A DNA stretch of 64,000 nucleotides from Pempheris klunzingeri (Eukaryota). Below the pieces are notes generated by a model that saw only the letters and a program-made list of their open reading frames with translations, was not told the DNA's origin and searched no databases. A program made the position numbers and the translations under genes. Location: positions 6,944,001 to 7,008,000 of the forward strand of contig NC_092013.1 in the NCBI RefSeq assembly GCF_042242105.1, written 5' to 3'. Positions within the stretch are counted from its first letter, which is position 1. Each line of letters starts with the position of its first letter. This document shows positions 1 to 12,300 of this stretch, piece by piece.

Positions 1-624
1 GTCATCATCATGTCTAGTTTGGAGCCAACACTCTGCACGGAGGTTTATACTCTTTTAAGGCTACATAGTCCATCTATTGAGAGTTATCATGACAGCAATA
101 ATTTCTTCCTGTAGCTAAATGGTGATGAGGTAAGCAGCATATCAGCACTACCTGCCATGTGCACTTGCACACACAGTCTTTGACTGACCGGCACATTGAG
201 TTACCGGATGATGTTGCACTGTGCCACGTAAAAGGTGTCAAATCCTTTGCTGTACTAACCTGTGATTTTGTACTACAGCACTTTGCACCAATGGCTCCTG
301 CTGCACGAGTGCAAAGGTATAATTGAAATAAATGAGATAGCCTGCTTTTTTTGTCTCTGAGCTATTGTCAGTGTGATGGGCCCTAAGTAAGAAAAGTACA
401 AAAACGAATGACGACAACCACTGAAAGGGACAGAGACTACATCTAGAGAAGGTGGCAAAAGAGAGGAAGAAAAGGAAGAGAAAGGGGGATTGGCTGGGTC
501 ATTCACATCACTTACACTACCGCACAAAACACACCTGTGCACTCAAGCTAATGACGATCCACACAGAGAAAGAGTGCTGTTCTTACCAAGTATCCCACTC
601 CATTAAATGCAACACATGGCAAAT

Positions 625-649
625 GGTGTGTGTGTGTGTGTGTGTGTGT
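625..649. repeat. (TG)n microsatellite
   Basis: Seen directly. Confidence 0.9.
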
Positions 650-1794
650 CTGCAATGTAGACATCTGCTGGTAAAAATGGTGTGCACTGACATTTAAAGA
701 GAAAGCTTTAAAACATGGCTTTTAATTTAGCTCTCTTAAGAGACAGGGAGATGGAGGGGTTCGGATGGGTGAATTTAAAGAGCACAAATGATGGAAGATG
801 AAGTCGCTGAGACAGGTGGTCAACTGTGAGCGAGACACACTATACACTAATAGACGGCACAAAGAATTAAGAGGATCCAGGCAGGTGCAGCCTGAAGGGG
901 TGGGTACGCTAGGGGGGGGTGGCAAAAAACGACGACAAGTGAAGGTCAGAGAAAATAAACGATGTGGGCAGGTATGTATGTTCACTATAGAAAAAACAAT
1001 GTGTGCTGTTGTGCAGTGCCTTAAAGTCTCCAGTGACAGTGTGTCTGTGTGAGCGGTGTCCTCTGTAACGCATGCAGGGTCATGCACTGTGGATCAGTTA
1101 GTAAAAACCAAGTCTAGCTCATGCTATCCCCCAGGATCTCACATTGCAGTGCACCGAACCATACGGAGAGTGTGTGTGTGTGTGTGCGTGAGTCTTACTC
1201 CTGAGTGACATTTCACAAATCCAGGGGACCGGGCTAATGATGTCCCCTGTCTGACTAACTCACAGCACCGCAAGAGGTTGTGGAAAGAGAGAAAATGGAC
1301 AAAAAAAAAAAGAGAGAGAAAGAGAAGACAGTGGGAGAAAGAGCTTTTCACACTTCATATTGTTAATCACTGCAGGCCCGTAGCAGTGGACCTTGTGAAT
1401 GAATGTAACATGGACGGGCCAGTATTCAATTAGCAAGCGCACAAAAAGGGGGTCGTGTGGAGAAAGTGGAGTAGCAGACAGTTTCAGTGGGACAAACGCA
1501 CATTAAGACTAGTCTTTAAATAACTTCTGAATGTGTGTGTACCATGTCTGCTTCAGTAATGTTCTTGAGAAAAGTCTGTAATCAAAAGAGCAGTGCAAGC
1601 TTGCTAAAAGCAATGGTGTCATACTTTCCCATTAGTCTGGTTCCTAAAGGGCGAACAAACGCTTATGCAGTCTGCATCAATGTCAGCACCATCAAAACAT
1701 AAAATGCCTGCCTTTACTGATAAGCATGACGATTCATTCTAAAGAAAAAGACTGTAAAGAACGTAAGAAGAACAAAGAACAGGTTTGAGCTTAC

Positions 1795-2976
1795 CGAGTT
1801 AATGCAGGCGAGCTCCTTGTTGAGCAGCCAGGGTAGGGAGAGTTTCCCATCTCCCTTGTAGCAGGACTGAATTCTTTCTTTGATCTTCTCTTTTATCCTC
1901 CTCAGGGTGAACAGGCACAATGCTGACTCTTTGGGTGGTTTGGCCCGATTCTTCTGACCCTGAGAGAAGACTGTGAAGAGGATGTCCTCATTCTCAGAGA
2001 TCCCCAGAGAGTTGGCCAGCTGCCGTCCTGGTCGAGCCAAAAATGCGTCCTGCACCAGGCGGTACTCTACCCCATCTTTAGTGCAGCCAATGGGGAACTC
2101 AACGTAGGAGTAAAACTTGGGGTCGTCCACACAGAGACGGACAATTTTGGAGGTGAAGAACTGCTCTCCACTGGCATCAGGTGAAGTCAATTGGGTATCC
2201 AGCTGCATTGTTAGATAGTAGACAAACTGCTCACTGCTGAAGCTGTAAACGTAATAGATGTCGAAAGCAGGGAACTTGGACAAAGTGTCCGAGGGGATCT
2301 TTAGCTGAGAGGAGACAAACTCATCCTGATAGACAAAACTGAACATGTCGGCATTTTCTTCATTCTCCATCAGCTTGCGACTGGACAATGTAGGGAAGTA
2401 CTCAGACTTGCCGTCGATGGGGGTTCCGATGAATAGCTTGCTGGTCGGACTGTGGGGGGAGCTTATGATGACCCCGGACATGGTGCCCGATTCTGCCACA
2501 CTGGAGAGGTAATGTTCCTTGCGGTGGTGGGGCTCGCCAAGCTTAAAGAGGTCATCCAGACGCAGGAACTGGCAGATGCCTTGTGAAGTGCTGCCGCAGG
2601 CAATGAGGCGGTTCTGTGCATAGTCTATGAGAAGAAGCTTGTTCACATTGGGGGTCTGAGCCAGGTCATGAGGGCAGGACTGGACACTTGGCGGAGGGTA
2701 GCACTTCTCATTGTCCACCACTGGGCCAGTCATGTGGCTGCGCAGCTTGGTCAGGTTGCTTGACAGCTTGAAAATCCAGTTGACAGCTCCCACATAGACC
2801 TCTCCAGTTTTGTTGTGGATGGCCAGATGTGTAAGCCCCCACTCAGCAGGGGCAAATCGTTTGAAGGGTGGGGGTTGGCCTCCAGAGAAGGATGAGCTCA
2901 TGATAAGCAAAAACCCCAAGAGGAGAAAAAAGTTCCCCTGGCCAGGGGAAGCCGCTGACCGAGCTAGGGGACACAT
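1795..2976 (-). CDS. plxna1: Plexin-A1, first coding exon (signal peptide + N-terminal part of the Sema domain, 394 codons); gene continues beyond the left edge of the window
   Basis: The translation has class-A plexin Sema motifs: [70 protein letters not shown]. The end, [24 protein letters not shown], matches my recollection of PLXNA1 better than PLXNA2/3/4. First in-frame ATG is at 2976, with an in-frame TAA upstream at 3003-3001. A hydrophobic signal peptide ([11 protein letters not shown]) follows. A phase-0 donor TCG|GTAAGC lies at 1795/1794. Confidence 0.95.
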
Positions 2977-3248
2977 ATCTGGGCAGTCTACAGGCAAGGC
3001 TTAGGGGGGATGGGGAAGGAGAGAGAGAGGAGGAGAAGGATGAGGAATACTGCTCTGGTACCAAGTCCCAAATCAGGAGTTTTCTTTAGTTTCTGCTATT
3101 CTATTGAGGAATAAGGGAGGGCAGTTTGAGGGAGAGAGAGAGAAGGATGGAGGGAGGGGAAACAAAACTCCTATTGATCCGCTGTCCTGTTTTCAGCGAT
3201 GCAAGTCGTCATCAGGAACATCATCCACAGAGGCACGAGGTGGGAGCC
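2977..3248 (-). other. plxna1: 5'-UTR portion of the plxna1 first coding exon (exon 3248..1795)
   Basis: Minus-strand acceptor GTTTTTTCTTTCTGCCTTCCAG|GGC (AG at 3250-3249), preceded by a CTCAC branch-point-like motif at ~3274-3278. Confidence 0.8.
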
Positions 3249-6200
3249 CTGGAAGGCAGAAAGAAAAAACACGGTGAGTGTCCAAGCAACATTTCCTATT
3301 GATTATGCATCAAGCAGGCAGAGAGGCATAAAAGGCTCACACACTGCACAGCCAAAATTAGAAAAAAAGTCACGCTGACATTTGCCCCAGTGATAAATAA
3401 ATGATATCAAATCAAGTCTGGAAGGCAAATGTGTGTCTGCATTTAATTATGAGTGAAGACAGCAGAGGAGGCACGGGCCGATTATTAAAGGCTCTGTACA
3501 CATAATGCAAATGTTGCTGGAATGAGTTATAGACTCACAACATTGAACTCTTTAATATTTCATAACTTCAACTTCACTACGGTGGCTTTGGAGGAGACGT
3601 GTTTGAAATAGTGCCTGTGGGCACTGTTACATTGACAGCAACCAATTTATAGCCAGGTCTGCTCGAAGCCTTTTCCTGTCATGGCTTCAACAGTATCAAC
3701 ACACTATCCAGTAACCTCTTATTGTAATTACGCCTGCAGTTGTATCCGGACATCAGCGTCTCGTGGCAGCACAGCGGGTCACCCAAAGCACACTGCCTTC
3801 CCTCAGGGAGCTGCCATTACAATATATACTGTATAAATCTTCTCAAGTCATATATCACAAATACAACTTGAGCATAGAGAAACATAAAAACCGTAAGATG
3901 AATGCTGCATATACGGCCCGATTCTCCATTCACAGGTGGTTTTTGAGGGATCCCTATCTTACACAACCAATGCCCCGCCCCTCAGACACAATGGCAGTCC
4001 ACAAACTCAGCACCTGCCTGTCTAGTTATCCAGTTATATACGCAATTAAAGCCATGTTCTGACAGACAAATGCACTGCATGAAGAAACGCCGACCTCTTC
4101 AGTGTTTCGACATACACCACTGCCTTGGCATGGTGAGGGTCCAGGTGTTGGCTCTGGCAGAAAACTGAACCCGGCTGGACCTTGTTGAACACAATACAAT
4201 GGCAATGTATTGCACTGGCAAATCAAATATACTGTGGCACACATACCAGATAAAATACCATGATAACTGTAGTCCATAGTATTATGAATTGCTGGCGTTC
4301 TGGTATCTGATGAAGCTTTAAACCTATGGATGTACTTCTCAATGTGGACTTTCACCTTTTTCACCTTGTCAAAACCTGTGGCAACATGCCCACACCAACA
4401 TAGCCACGTTTCTTTTCTTTACACAGTACTATCAGTCAGAACGATGCCCACATTTCAGTGCATATGACCTTCTTCCCTCTTCACTGCCGTCATTGTCCGC
4501 TCATAGCAGCTAATTCTGAGAACTGAAAATCAGGGGCTCGGTAAAAGCACATTTACTTACGACTGCTTTCATTTACGAGCTATACACGAATTCAAAAATG
4601 TATTTCAAATAGCACACACTATAGCCCGCGGTTGGTATCCCTTGGCAACCTGGGATGCAGACAGCAGAGGCGGTATGTTATGGGTCAGGAGAGAGAAAAT
4701 TTATAGGATGGAGGTTACTGTAACAGGACGGAGAGAAAGAGGAGAGAAAAGGGAGAGTATTTGCCGCTTTATGCATCCTCCGACAACAATGCAATGATGA
4801 GGAGGAGCAGGGTTTGCTGGGCACGTGCTGCTACTTGACAGGCCAATCATGTTCCTGCAATACTGGGACATTAGTTCTCCTGTAAATGCTGATTATGCAA
4901 AACAGGACGCAACTCTCCCAGGGACCCCACGCTTCAATTTCACCTTGACTATCAAAGTGTCTGCGCGAAGGGTGTTTTATGACCACACCGAATCAGAAAA
5001 GATGAGAGACACTACAGAGAGACGAGGAGAGGATGAGGAGGAGGGAGGGAGATCAGGGAGGCAAAAAGGAGATGGAAGAAAAGCAAAAGAAGGACAGAGA
5101 GCGCAGAGGCGAAGAGGAACGTGGGCTTTTCCTTTATTGTTGTTCTTATCGGTTTTCGACTCCTGCTCCTCATGTTGTCAGCCATTCAGGAGCAAAGCTA
5201 TCTGTCCATCACTCACCGAACATACAGGTCAGAGGGTGTGGTCAGTTTACCAAGCTCAGAGGGAGGAATGTGACCCACTTTCAAACTATTTCTTTTATGT
5301 TTTATACAGCTATCCTTGAGAAAGGCAGGTATGAGTGAGAGAGAATGTGGCCGAACACTGAAGTGATAAAAATGCACTTCTGTGGGTATTGAAAGAATTA
5401 AACACCTCAGTAAGAGGAGTCATTGAATCGCACATCAATTTTAGTCACTACTGCTGTAAAGTGTGTGAGAGAAAGAAAAATAAAGAGAGGGAGAGAGTGA
5501 GCAGGAGAGAAGAGAAATAGCAGCGGCGATGTTCATGGAATAGCAAACCATAGCTCAGCTGAGACAAAGCTAGCCAGGTTCGGGAGAGGTGGTGTCATCT
5601 AATTTCCACAAATGAAAGGGGGGGGGGAGAAGACAAATGTATGGAAGGGAGGAAAAAACAAGGTGAAAAAGAGGGGCAGAGCAAGAAAAAAAAGAAGGAA
5701 AGTAGGAGACAGAGAGGAGGGGATAAACTGCACGGACAGAAAGCCACAAAAAAGAGAGAGGAGACCAGAGGGGTGAGTGGGGAGCCTGAGAGAGCCAAAC
5801 AAAAGGCAGCGCGTCTGCTGCATTTTAATCAGAGCTCTACCTGCGCTTAAATCAAACACCCTGGGAGCCCCATGGATCGAGGCACCTCAGCACAGTAACT
5901 GCAGACAGAAGGGTCTGAGCTGCACTTATCAGATATACCCCGACTCTCCACTCTCTCTGAGATTAAAACGACTTGACGCACATCGCAGCCTCTTCGACAT
6001 AAGCAGCCGCAATAAAGTGACGAGCCAGCCTATAAAAAAACTAATTTCTTGCTCAATGGTACGGTCGCGCCGCGTAACGAGAGCAGATGTCAATTTAAAA
6101 CGTGGTGACACGTAGGGAGGCCGGCTGCCTCATCTTCCTTTGTCATTTCCAAGTGAGGGAAAGATACAATGAGGCAAAGAGAGTGAGCGAGCAAATGGGA

Positions 6201-6917
6201 GAGCCTGATAAAGTACGAGTGGGAACCTGAAAGAAAATGTCCCTACAGTAATTGCTCTTCATTTAGGCCAGCCACAGCTTGATGTACGAGAGTGTGAATC
6301 GCACAACAAATTGCATCTGGGGGTCTCTGGCTGCTTGTTATCCATCCCAGTAATAAGATGATGATATCGCAACACACGCTTTAACAAATAAATGTAAGTG
6401 GAAAGACAGCATGGAGTTCGAAATCCTTAATATTAACTTCAGAACTAACAGGAGAGGAAACAAGATGGATAAATGAATCGCACTATTAATCACAAATGGG
6501 CCCTCAACTCCATCTTTCTCAATGTCCTCCACTGCCATCCTGTCATGGCAGACATGCCCAACTGCTGAGGATATAGTCAATCACTCAGCTTCTTACACAC
6601 ATCCCTCTTTTTTCTCAAATTTCTCCATTTTCTCCACCCTTCCTTATCCCTCCAAACCCTCTTCAATTTCAATTTCCTCCACAGCTAAAGTGAAATGGTG
6701 GGAAGAGCGCTGGAACAAGGTTGCAAGCCATATCTGGCACCATCAAGGAAAAACATGTCAATCATTTTGGGCTGGAGCGTGTCTGTGGCTTTGGGAATGG
6801 GCAGCCACCATATCGGGGGAGAGGAGGCCGTTATCACATGAGGAAAAAGCATTAGAGAGGACGGGCTGTAAGGGGCCAAGTTGATTGGATTTGATATCGG
6901 GACACCCTATCAATTGG

Positions 6918-7117
6918 NNNNNNNNNNNNNNNNNNNNNNNNNNNNNNNNNNNNNNNNNNNNNNNNNNNNNNNNNNNNNNNNNNNNNNNNNNNNNNNNNNN
7001 NNNNNNNNNNNNNNNNNNNNNNNNNNNNNNNNNNNNNNNNNNNNNNNNNNNNNNNNNNNNNNNNNNNNNNNNNNNNNNNNNNNNNNNNNNNNNNNNNNNN
7101 NNNNNNNNNNNNNNNNN
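6918..7117. other. Assembly gap (200 N)
   Basis: A run of exactly 200 N, probably a fixed-size placeholder; the true length is unknown. Confidence 0.99.
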
Positions 7118-7232
7118 GAGATTGGAGATTTGCCCTGGGGAAGAAAAGAGAGATGGGTGGAGGGGTGGGTAAAGGATTGAACAGCACGAGGAGGCGGCAG
7201 GAAGTCGGTGGAAGGGTGGTGTGGTTGAGGAC

Positions 7233-7253
7233 GGGGGGGGGGGGGGGGGGGGG
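7233..7253 (+). repeat. Poly-G run (G21)
   Basis: Seen directly. Confidence 0.95.
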
Positions 7254-7633
7254 TGGGATGGTTAGAGAGGAGGGTAGGATAGAGAGGGAGCCAAGCCCTG
7301 AAGCCTTAATCCTCTCCCAGGGTCTGCCTAATCTCACCGCCACTATCTGCATATGGGAAGAATGGATTACCATCCCCCGACACACTGACAGAGGGATGGA
7401 GTGACAGGGGATGGGAGGCAATTCCTGGACAGACAACGCCTTCACCGACAGCCACAAACACACAAAAAGTCTGATTGAAGTTAGTACAGGGTTGAGGATG
7501 TGGGTAACACACACACACACACAGATACTGCAGGTAGGCATTGTGCAGGGTAATCATTTGCAGCCTGGTTATCCCAGACCAGTATGACATATGTCCCAAT
7601 CAGAAGCTGTCTCCAGGGCTGAGAGGGCTTACA

Positions 7634-7636
7634 GGG

Positions 7637-7671
<35 letters not shown>
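7634..7671 (+). repeat. Poly-G run (G5-A-G32)
   Basis: Seen directly. Confidence 0.95.
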
Positions 7672-7672
<1 letters not shown>

Positions 7673-9061
7673 GAGGGCACCAATTCTAACTGCCACTAAA
7701 GCACCAGGCTGAAGATGAAGCAGTCCTCTAACACACCAAAAACTCAAATCTCAACACGGGAACAAAGCAATCACTCTGTCGGCTGAGGATTATCACAGAA
7801 TGTCAACGTTATTGCAATAACTCACAAGAATATTATCAAAATACATCTCCTCCCATCTGTCACTGTCCATGGAAATTTGTTCATAAAGGTCCTCCTTCTT
7901 TCAATAAGAGCTGAATGGCAGCAGAATATGTGCTAATAACTGAATATGGATAGTATTTCTAGAGTACCCTTGGGGGATATATGACCAGAAACAGTCAACC
8001 TAAGATCAGATATTCATTTTTGTGTCATTACTTTATATCATTACTTTATTAGTAAGAAAAAAGTGTCAAGAAAGGCCTTTAGTGACGAATATTCAAAATA
8101 TGAGCTAACGCCTTTAAAGGGCCAAAATCAACTGTCCCCATATCGTAAGTCATCCAGCGAGCCAAGACAAATTTCAGAGGAGGTAAGACCAATTTTCAAG
8201 AGGTCGGACAACAAAGCACTATTGTATATTGTGGTATCTTGTATCATTTCCTTCCTGGTTCGGCTGGGAGAACAAGCTGACTGGAAAGTCTTAAAGTGTA
8301 TAAAAAGCCCTTATGAGTTCTGTTTTAGTGCCAACGTAAATCAGTTTAGTGGAGGACAAGCGCCGGTGCCCTTTCTCTCTCTGTGGCAGGTGGCCTGCCA
8401 AAACAAATGCCCTGTTCCAAAGTACAAGAGTGGTGTGCATGTGTGTGTGTGTCTGTTAGGAAGTCAGGCACTGGAACAAATTGAGCCCCCTGTCTTTAAA
8501 GCACCTTGCTGGGCTGACTTTCAAGCCATCAGCCCGGCTGGAGTGATAAAACCTGATCTGGACCTGTCTGGCGGCTACCCTTGACGTGAAGGAGCAGAGA
8601 AAAAGCTACACTGGTCTCAAACATTGTGCCCCGTTCGATCTATATTAGTTTTGCTTAAGTACGTAAGCCAAGAATAAATTCTTTACAGCAGTCGCTTTAC
8701 AAGCTGCCCAGTGCTGCTTCGTGGAATAATGGAATTGGAAGATTGTAAAATGTTTTTTGAGAAAGTATCATGAGCCACAGGGTCATAAAACACATAATAA
8801 TAAACAATCATTAAAACCATGAAAAACAGATTTAGGCTACCAAAAAAAGACTGTGGTGTAAAGTTCCTGTTAATCTGTAATAATATGACTGATGTCACTT
8901 ATTTCCTTACTGGTTTCTCAGGCTTGAATCAGTAGATTGCACAAGGACAAAGGTAGGAACTGGCAGACAGACAATCTACTCACACATTCAAGGACTGGAG
9001 TGGCAATAAGTGCAAGGACAACTGCTTCTCTGACACCCAGTGTGCCGTGTGGATAACAGAC

Positions 9062-9128
9062 GTGTGTGTGTGTGTGTCTCAGTGTGTGTGTGTGTGTCTC
9101 AGTGTGTGTGTGTGTGTGTGTGTGTGTG
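9062..9128. repeat. Interrupted (TG)n microsatellite with a 20-bp higher-order unit (AGTGTGTGTGTGTGTGTCTC)
   Basis: Two TCTCAG interruptions 20 bp apart. Confidence 0.9.
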
Positions 9129-9268
9129 AGACAGCTGCCACTCCGAGACAGTAGACAGACTGTGGGCACTACATCACACAGATTCTTATTCTTCTCATTT
9201 CCTGGGACAATAAACACACTCACAAACTCTTGTGTTTTCAGAGGTAAATGGGACACACAGTAGTATAT

Positions 9269-9270
<2 letters not shown>

Positions 9271-9323
<53 letters not shown>
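9271..9323. repeat. (GT)n microsatellite
   Basis: Seen directly. Confidence 0.95.
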
Positions 9324-9324
<1 letters not shown>

Positions 9325-12300
9325 CTGCATATGTGTGTATGTGGCTGTCGGCCATAAATGTGTGCATATGCGCCTGTGCTCTGAGGCTGCAGTGCACAGT
9401 TGTCCCTGCTCTGCCTGCACGTGTCAAATGTGAGACAGAGGGAGAAGGGGGTCGTCAGCTACTGTGATAAAGATAAAACACACACACATACAACACACAC
9501 AAACAGCACACACACACTTTAGCAACAGCTCCTGCAACCTCTCTGACCGCTGGTGATCTTACACCAAGTCTGCTTCAAACTGGAGTGCAAAGCTAATGTG
9601 CTGTGGACAAACCTCGAACTGGAATTCATCACCTCATCAAACAAACACATACCATGTACGCTGATGTGTGTAACGTAATCTATGTGACAGGTGTGTGTGT
9701 GCCCCACCTAATCCTTCAAATTTCATCTCTCTCTGCATTGGTAGTGTTGTGTATCAAGCTAAGGGTGTAACAGCGATTACGCCTTGAACACTTTCTGAGC
9801 AGCTTGAGGTGGTCGGACAGTGAACGGCACCATCTCAGTGCTCTGAACAGTTTAGGAACATTGTGTCTGACTTGGCTGGTGAACACAGGGTTGAGCGCCC
9901 CAGGGTGTCTCCCAGGCATGCAGCCCTTGTCATTAAAATAACACATGGAGAGCAGACAGTCTCTATTCGTCTCCGTCTTTATATCTAGTCCAATCTTGTC
10001 TATTGAATCCTCTCACTCTATTTCTTTCAGTTTTGCAAAACAGCTTGCATCCCTCTCTGTATTGCCTCTGTCGTGTCATCCACTTTTTTATGACTTATAA
10101 CAGTGCGGAAGCCTAATAAAATACAGACTGCTCAAACATCAATTGTACAACGATCACAACAAACTACACGTGAGCACAGGAACACTTTGTCCTCCCCGTT
10201 TCCTCTCTCAGGAGTGAAATTGCTGGAAAAACAAAGGCCTTCCTTCCAGCTGCTAAAACAGAATGAAACACGATTGAACCAGCCATAAAACCTGCCCACA
10301 TATCAAAAAGGAGTACACAGACACACAAACACACTGATGCAGGCACCGTCAGATTAGTGGTTCACTCTTAATCCCTCGACTATGTTTGTGCGACTGGGTC
10401 TTTCTTTCCATGACAAATCCTGTGTCTGTCTGTATGTGCGCATGTGTGTGTGTGTGTGTCAGTGTGTGAAGGTGGGAGAGGTAGGCGATATGTAGGTCAA
10501 GGCCACAATGTGCCTGATATGAGCCACAAAGTAACGCAGTAACTGTTATTTTAGTTTCTCACCACTGGCTCACAAAGGCAATAAAACTAAGCCTTGTACT
10601 ATTGTCTGTAGCATGAACCTAATGCCCACTGTGTTTGACATGGCTTTAAGAGAACAAGACTGAGGTAGAACAACCACAGGAGGTGGTGACATGCAACAGC
10701 AGGTTGCAGGTTAATTTGCCTTCAACTTGACATAGAGGATTACATTTTGCATTTCAAAATAAAATAAAATAAAATAATACTTAAGTAAAATCTTGCACAC
10801 TTATGAACTGCACTTAAAGTCCTGCATGTTTTTCTCTTATTTCTGATTTTAACAGGTTTTAATTCCTTCTTTCCATACCATTACTGATTATATAGTCTCA
10901 AACATCCTAGACCTACAGCAAGACAGTGTAAAATAGGAGTAACACATTCCTTCTCCTACAAGTGAAAAGTTGAATTCACAGCCAAACACCTCCTTGCTCA
11001 GTTCAATACACTAAACTTTGCCTGGTTTGTAGCATACGGTGCAAAATGCTAGCAAATGTTGGCAAACCTTAGATAGGTATTATTGAATAATGGATATCAA
11101 TGAGTCCATTCACAGGCTTTTCTCTAATTGTAGTATTCATCATTATCCTATTTTTACCACATGTGGCCATTCCTCAGTAATTTCGTAGGTCACTTTACAG
11201 GTGTGCTGCCGAACTGCATTTTTATTTCAATACAGTGCCTGATGCTACCAGACTAGCAACATCTTTTATAGCATCTACATTTTCTTAAACTAAAGAACGC
11301 AGTGCTATTTGGCAAACAACTCTCAAAGTTCTGACATCCGAGCTTTCCACAAGTACCTGAATGCACCAACTGTGCCATCACGCAATCAGAAGAAAGCTTC
11401 TGCTGAAAAAATAAAAGGCAAGTAAGCGGTTCACTGTGATGAATTAGCTATCTTAAGCAAATCAATCACAGCCCTATCTGGGTGTACTGGTCTTTGTGTC
11501 TCAGTGCCACTGGGCACAATATTGTGAGTAGCCAAGGCTTGATGGTCATATAGCCTAAATAATGATGATTAACAAAGAACTCTGTAATTGAGATTTGGGA
11601 GAACCTCAACCAGAATAGAGATAGAACCATGCCTGAGGGTGATGCACACGTAAAAATTTCCCGATGATTGATGACTGCAGTAATTTGACCAGCAACAGCC
11701 CAAAAAGCAACACAGGTGCTTTAACATCTACCTGCAGAGACACAGTTGGGGCAATCTGTTGGTTAAAGAAAACAGAGAATTACAGTAGAAAACTGCAGCT
11801 GCACCTGAACAGGTACTTTAGGAAACTAGCCTCTGGAATATGAACGGTGCGGGGCATTGTTATTGCTAATCACAAACCCAGCATGCATCTACATGCCACC
11901 CCATGGCTTGAATCAACGCTGCCAGCAGTCACAATGAAGGTCAACCACAAAAAACCATGTGGTTTTCCAACAGTCATTCATACCGTCAATCAAGTTGTGG
12001 TTTGAGCTTTCCAAGCTGGTCAAGCAGGTGTTGATGTCAGGAAACCACGGCTGAGGACAGATTCAGTCGGTGGACTGAATGAAGTGGGACCCAAAATGGT
12101 AAACTGAGAAACATAAATATAGAGAATCATCTGACCAGACTGTCTTTGTACAGTATATATACACAACATGTTGTGTTTTACGCCTGGTGAACTGACTGAT
12201 CAACTGAAACTACATTTAACTCAATGCACATACAGTCGCATATTTTCATATTAGACAGAATTCAAAGTGCACTGAAATGATAAAACATGGCCTGTGTAAG

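Noticed and set aside
2977..2997. ORF-track start at 2997 (MPVDCPD...)
   Set aside because: The codon is TTG, not ATG. The first in-frame ATG at 2976 precedes a normal signal peptide.
1714..2997. 427-aa ORF as a complete single-exon gene or processed pseudogene
   Set aside because: Plexin similarity stops exactly at a canonical donor (1795/1794), as expected for one exon of a multi-exon gene.
6852..7747. ORFs with X runs and poly-Pro/poly-Gly
   Set aside because: Artefacts of the N gap and the poly-G runs.
8918..9467. HTHT/CVCV-rich ORFs here and at ~14.1, 21.7 and 50.4 kb
   Set aside because: Translations of (CA)n microsatellites.
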